A stretch of 20,000 nucleotides of DNA from an uncultured virus (IMG/VR IMGVR_UViG_3300025096_002805) (lineage: Duplodnaviria > Heunggongvirae > Uroviricota > Caudoviricetes), in the IMG/VR virus record IMGVR_UViG_3300025096_002805. One strand, given 5' to 3'. Below, piece after piece: positions 17,826 to 20,000 of the stretch. The notes under the pieces were generated by a model, which saw nothing but the letters and a program-made list of their open reading frames with translations, ran no database searches and had not been told where the DNA came from. The position numbers and the translations under genes are program-made. Numbering within the stretch: position 1 is the first letter of the stretch; each line of letters begins with the position of its first letter.

Positions 17826-18190
17826 TAAACATCGACGGAGCCGCTGTAGAAGACTGTAGCTCCCGAGTCGGTATTTATTTCTCCAGTTTTAATATACTCG
17901 TAAGCTGAAGAAAAAAGTGAATCTTTATCAACAAAAGCTCCCATACTAGGTAGCGGGAATGAGTATGAATACCCCGCAATAGGTGTCGCCATCGTATTTC
18001 TAACGTCTTTATCGGCAAAAACATCCACTGATATGCGGCATTCGGGCTCCTGTGCGTCTGGAGCGTTAGCGTCTCCGGTTATATGAGCGTCGCTGGTAAC
18101 GGTCATATCTACCTCTCTTATCCTGTGGTAAGCTCCGGTAAGTTCAATGTGCCCTGCTTCTTTATAAGTTATTGGTCTTCGTAAAGCCAT
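17825..18190 (-). CDS. Small fibre-associated protein (121 aa)
   Basis: Follows the fibre gene with a strong AGGAG RBS (18198-18202). The AYHRI...V.VFA...R...AYEYIK pattern resembles small proteins found next to phage fibres. TAATG-coupled to the glycosyltransferase. Confidence 0.6.
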   Translation of the reverse strand: MALRRPITYKEAGHIELTGAYHRIREVDMTVTSDAHITGDANAPDAQEPECRISVDVFADKDVRNTMATPIAGYSYSFPLPSMGAFVDKDSLFSSAYEYIKTGEINTDSGATVFYSGSVDV

Positions 18191-18197
18191 GTTCTTT

Positions 18198-18232
18198 CTC
18201 CTTTAATTTATAATATAATTACATGCAAAAAA
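18198..18232 (-). promoter_or_regulatory. Candidate late promoter (TTTTTTGCATGTAAT, core 18218-18224) and Shine-Dalgarno AGGAG
   Basis: Minus strand reads TTTTTTGCATGTAATTATATTATAAATTAAAGGAGAAAGAAC-ATG. Confidence 0.6.
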
Positions 18233-18243
18233 CAAATTTTTCT

Positions 18244-20000
18244 CTAATTTTCTCTTTCTGTACCTTTCCAAGAATCCTTAGCTCTTATATCGCATCTAGT
18301 GCCTATTAGCAATATGTTATAACACCCATCTTTATCAGAGCAAATATGCAAATTTTTCTGATTTTCATCTACTTCAGCGTACGCCGAACCAAAGTGATCC
18401 ACCGGTTTTACCCAAGCCATACTGTTCTCGTTTAGGTCATTATAGTAGTCCGGAAGCTTCATAACACAACAACCGCCAGAAACATTTACCGACCATCGGT
18501 AAACGTTATCTCCTGCGTTAGGTGACTCGGCGAAAGAATGATATAACCATTTATTTTTCTTATTTGGGTTTGGGTGTATTATCCTAAAGGAACCGCTACC
18601 TTTACTTACGGTTCCGCATAGCATACAGGACATCTGTATAGAGGAGTTTCCATATGTCCCTGTGGCGTGTCCATTTCCTACCGCCTCCCATCCGATTACA
18701 ATCTCACATCTAGGATAGTTGTTACTACCAAGTCCACTTCTTGTGCCGTAACCTATATATATGCTGTTACAAGCGCAATAAAGCGGGACGCCTGCGTTTG
18801 CGCAGTGGCCAGAGTTCTTACCTATGAAAACATTACCGCACCCCATGTTCCATCCCGATTTTCCAGTGAAATAACCAGCGCACGTACCTATAGCAGTATT
18901 ATAATAACCATATTGATTACAATACAAAGCGTGCTGCCCCACAGATGTTGAAAATCTAGCTACATACGACCAATAATTAGCCTTATACCCTATAGCGGTA
19001 ATACTGCAAGCATACCCCCCTGCTCTTTGGGCCTGTGCCCCGATAACTGTTCCGCAATATGTCCACCAAGAACAACATCCAGCATATGCGCCTATCTTAG
19101 TTGCTCCCGTGTTGCCCCTACTGCAAAAGCCAGCCATATGACCAATAAACGCTTTCCCCCAATTTGTGCAAAGACACTTTCCAGCGCAAGTCCCAATAAC
19201 CGTATCGTAGTTAGTAGCCCTCAAGGTGTATGCAGTACATTCACCTATAAATGTGTTGCCATGGCCGTAAAGCGTACAGCTTGTACTGCCTCCAGCCGCC
19301 CTAAACCCTATGAAAACATCGTCGCAGAGGCAGCATTTTCTTGAGCCCAGCCCAGTAAGCGCACCTATAAAAGTACTGTTACTGAGATAATCACAAGCTT
19401 GACAAGCCGCCAGATAACCTATCGCTACGTTATAGCATGACCGTTTAGTTGACTTACCTTGGCAAGCTAACGCGCTCGCACCAAGAGCTGTGACATCTAC
19501 GCTATACTCAGACAAGCAGTTTCCTCCAGCCCAAACTGACCCACATCCGCAGCCCATACTAAAATTAGCATACCTAGCCGGTGATGCGCAGTACGAACTA
19601 TAGCACCCACCGATACAACAGCCTGAACAGCCAGCTGCCCCCGAAGTACCCGTAGTACCGGATGTACCTGAGTTACCACCAGCACCATTATTACCTGAAT
19701 TACCATTATTACCTGAATTACCCGATGTACCACTACTCCCTGTACCGCCAGTATTACCGGATACACCGTCGTTACCACTACCTCCTGAGTTACCACTAGA
19801 ACCAGCGCTACCAGAAGAGCCTGAAGTACCAGATGTACCAGAACCAGCCGAATTACCCGAGTTTCTAGCGGTACCAGAGCTACCTGAAGAACCTGACGAA
19901 CCGGAACTACCTGAATTTCCACTAGTACCATCGTTGCCGCTGCCACCCTGATTACCATTAACACCTGAAGAACCAGAAGTACCAGATGTACCAGAGCCAC
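18244..20000 (-). CDS. Fibre protein, 5'-truncated (>=584 aa): collagen-like G-X-S stalk, Cys-rich YadA-head-like ~14-aa repeats and a conserved fibre C-terminal domain
   Basis: The frame of the 437-aa ORF stays open upstream of 19557 to the window edge (GSGTSGTSGSSGVNGNQGGSGNDG...GAAGCSGCCIGGCYSSYCASPARYANFS-MGCGC), so the annotated Met is internal. Repeats include NVAIG, STFIG, DVFIG, NTFIG, DTVIG, NTAIG and NVFIG. C-terminus: SKGSGSFRIIHP...LYHSFAESP...LPDYY. Confidence 0.85.
   Translation of the reverse strand, partial: GSGTSGTSGSSGVNGNQGGSGNDGTSGNSGSSGSSGSSGSSGTARNSGNSAGSGTSGTSGSSGSAGSSGNSGGSGNDGVSGNTGGTGSSGTSGNSGNNGNSGNNGAGGNSGTSGTTGTSGAAGCSGCCIGGCYSSYCASPARYANFSMGCGCGSVWAGGNCLSEYSVDVTALGASALACQGKSTKRSCYNVAIGYLAACQACDYLSNSTFIGALTGLGSRKCCLCDDVFIGFRAAGGSTSCTLYGHGNTFIGECTAYTLRATNYDTVIGTCAGKCLCTNWGKAFIGHMAGFCSRGNTGATKIGAYAGCCSWWTYCGTVIGAQAQRAGGYACSITAIGYKANYWSYVARFSTSVGQHALYCNQYGYYNTAIGTCAGYFTGKSGWNMGCGNVFIGKNSGHCANAGVPLYCACNSIYIGYGTRSGLGSNNYPRCEIVIGWEAVGNGHATGTYGNSSIQMSCMLCGTVSKGSGSFRIIHPNPNKKNKWLYHSFAESPNAGDNVYRWSVNVSGGCCVMKLPDYYNDLNENSMAWVKPVDHFGSAYAEVDENQKNLHICSDKDGCYNILLIGTRCDIRAKDSWKGTEREN
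19615..20000 (-). repeat. Gly-X-Y triplet repeat (about 42 triplets visible, no Pro, Y mostly Ser)
   Basis: GTS/GSS/GNS/GNN/GND triplets with two Gly substitutions (RNS, AGS). Exact 18-bp tandem repeat at 19684-19719; 20-bp direct repeat at 19823-19842 and 19976-19995. Confidence 0.92.

Larger units (their letters stand above)
1..20000 (-). mobile_element. Tailed bacteriophage (Caudoviricetes) neck/tail morphogenesis module, probably with a non-contractile tail
   Basis: 15 co-oriented, tightly packed minus-strand ORFs with 1-8 bp overlaps or short spacers. Canonical order: neck genes, tube, chaperones, tape measure, tail-tip. No sheath-like gene and no host housekeeping genes in the window. 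Free phage versus prophage cannot be decided here. Confidence 0.93.

Noticed and set aside
773..19344. All plus-strand ORFs in the track and the 823..1020 minus-strand ORF
   Set aside because: They are short, lie antisense or out of frame over long coherent minus-strand genes, and have no recognisable motifs.
18244..19630. Cys excess caused by codon reassignment or a diversity-generating retroelement target
   Set aside because: Cys enrichment is confined to one gene, and no template/variable repeat pair or reverse transcriptase is present in the window.
19497..20000. 167-aa Val/Leu/Gln-rich ORF in the track
   Set aside because: It is an alternative-frame shadow of the Gly-X-Ser repeat; the real frame is continuous with the 18244 fibre ORF.
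1..20000. CRISPR array, tRNA/rRNA, integrase or IS element; contractile injection system or gene transfer agent
   Set aside because: The window is almost entirely coding, with spacers of at most 108 bp. There are no spaced direct repeats, recombinase motifs or sheath gene, and the gene sizes and neck genes fit a large tailed phage.

Overview
A 20-kb segment of the virion morphogenesis operon of a large tailed phage. It is probably siphovirus-like, since no sheath gene is visible; the host is unknown. All real genes lie on the minus strand and are tightly packed in standard code 11. In transcription order: a 5'-truncated fibre protein (Pro-free Ser/Thr-rich Gly-X-Y repeat, then a Cys-rich YadA-head-like beta-roll, then a conserved fibre C-terminal domain); a small fibre-associated protein; a GT9-like glycosyltransferase; four neck/tail-completion genes; the major tail tube protein with an internal duplication; a 99-aa ORF; two paralogous 335-aa tail chaperone-like genes; a 1975-aa tape measure protein (TMP); two paralogous ~610-aa tail-tip proteins; and a 3'-truncated LamG-like protein that the ORF track misses. 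The most interesting signals are: (1) a TMP segmented by four GG-x-[VI]-P-[NS]-F motifs that bracket a putative PD-(D/E)xK nuclease domain; (2) a possible virion-glycosylation system, with a GT9-like enzyme carrying Lys in place of the usual catalytic Asp next to Cys-rich, G-X-S and [S/T]-G-enriched structural proteins; (3) an RTGTAAT candidate late-promoter motif in every long intergenic spacer. All functional calls come from reading motifs and gene order by eye; no searches were run.
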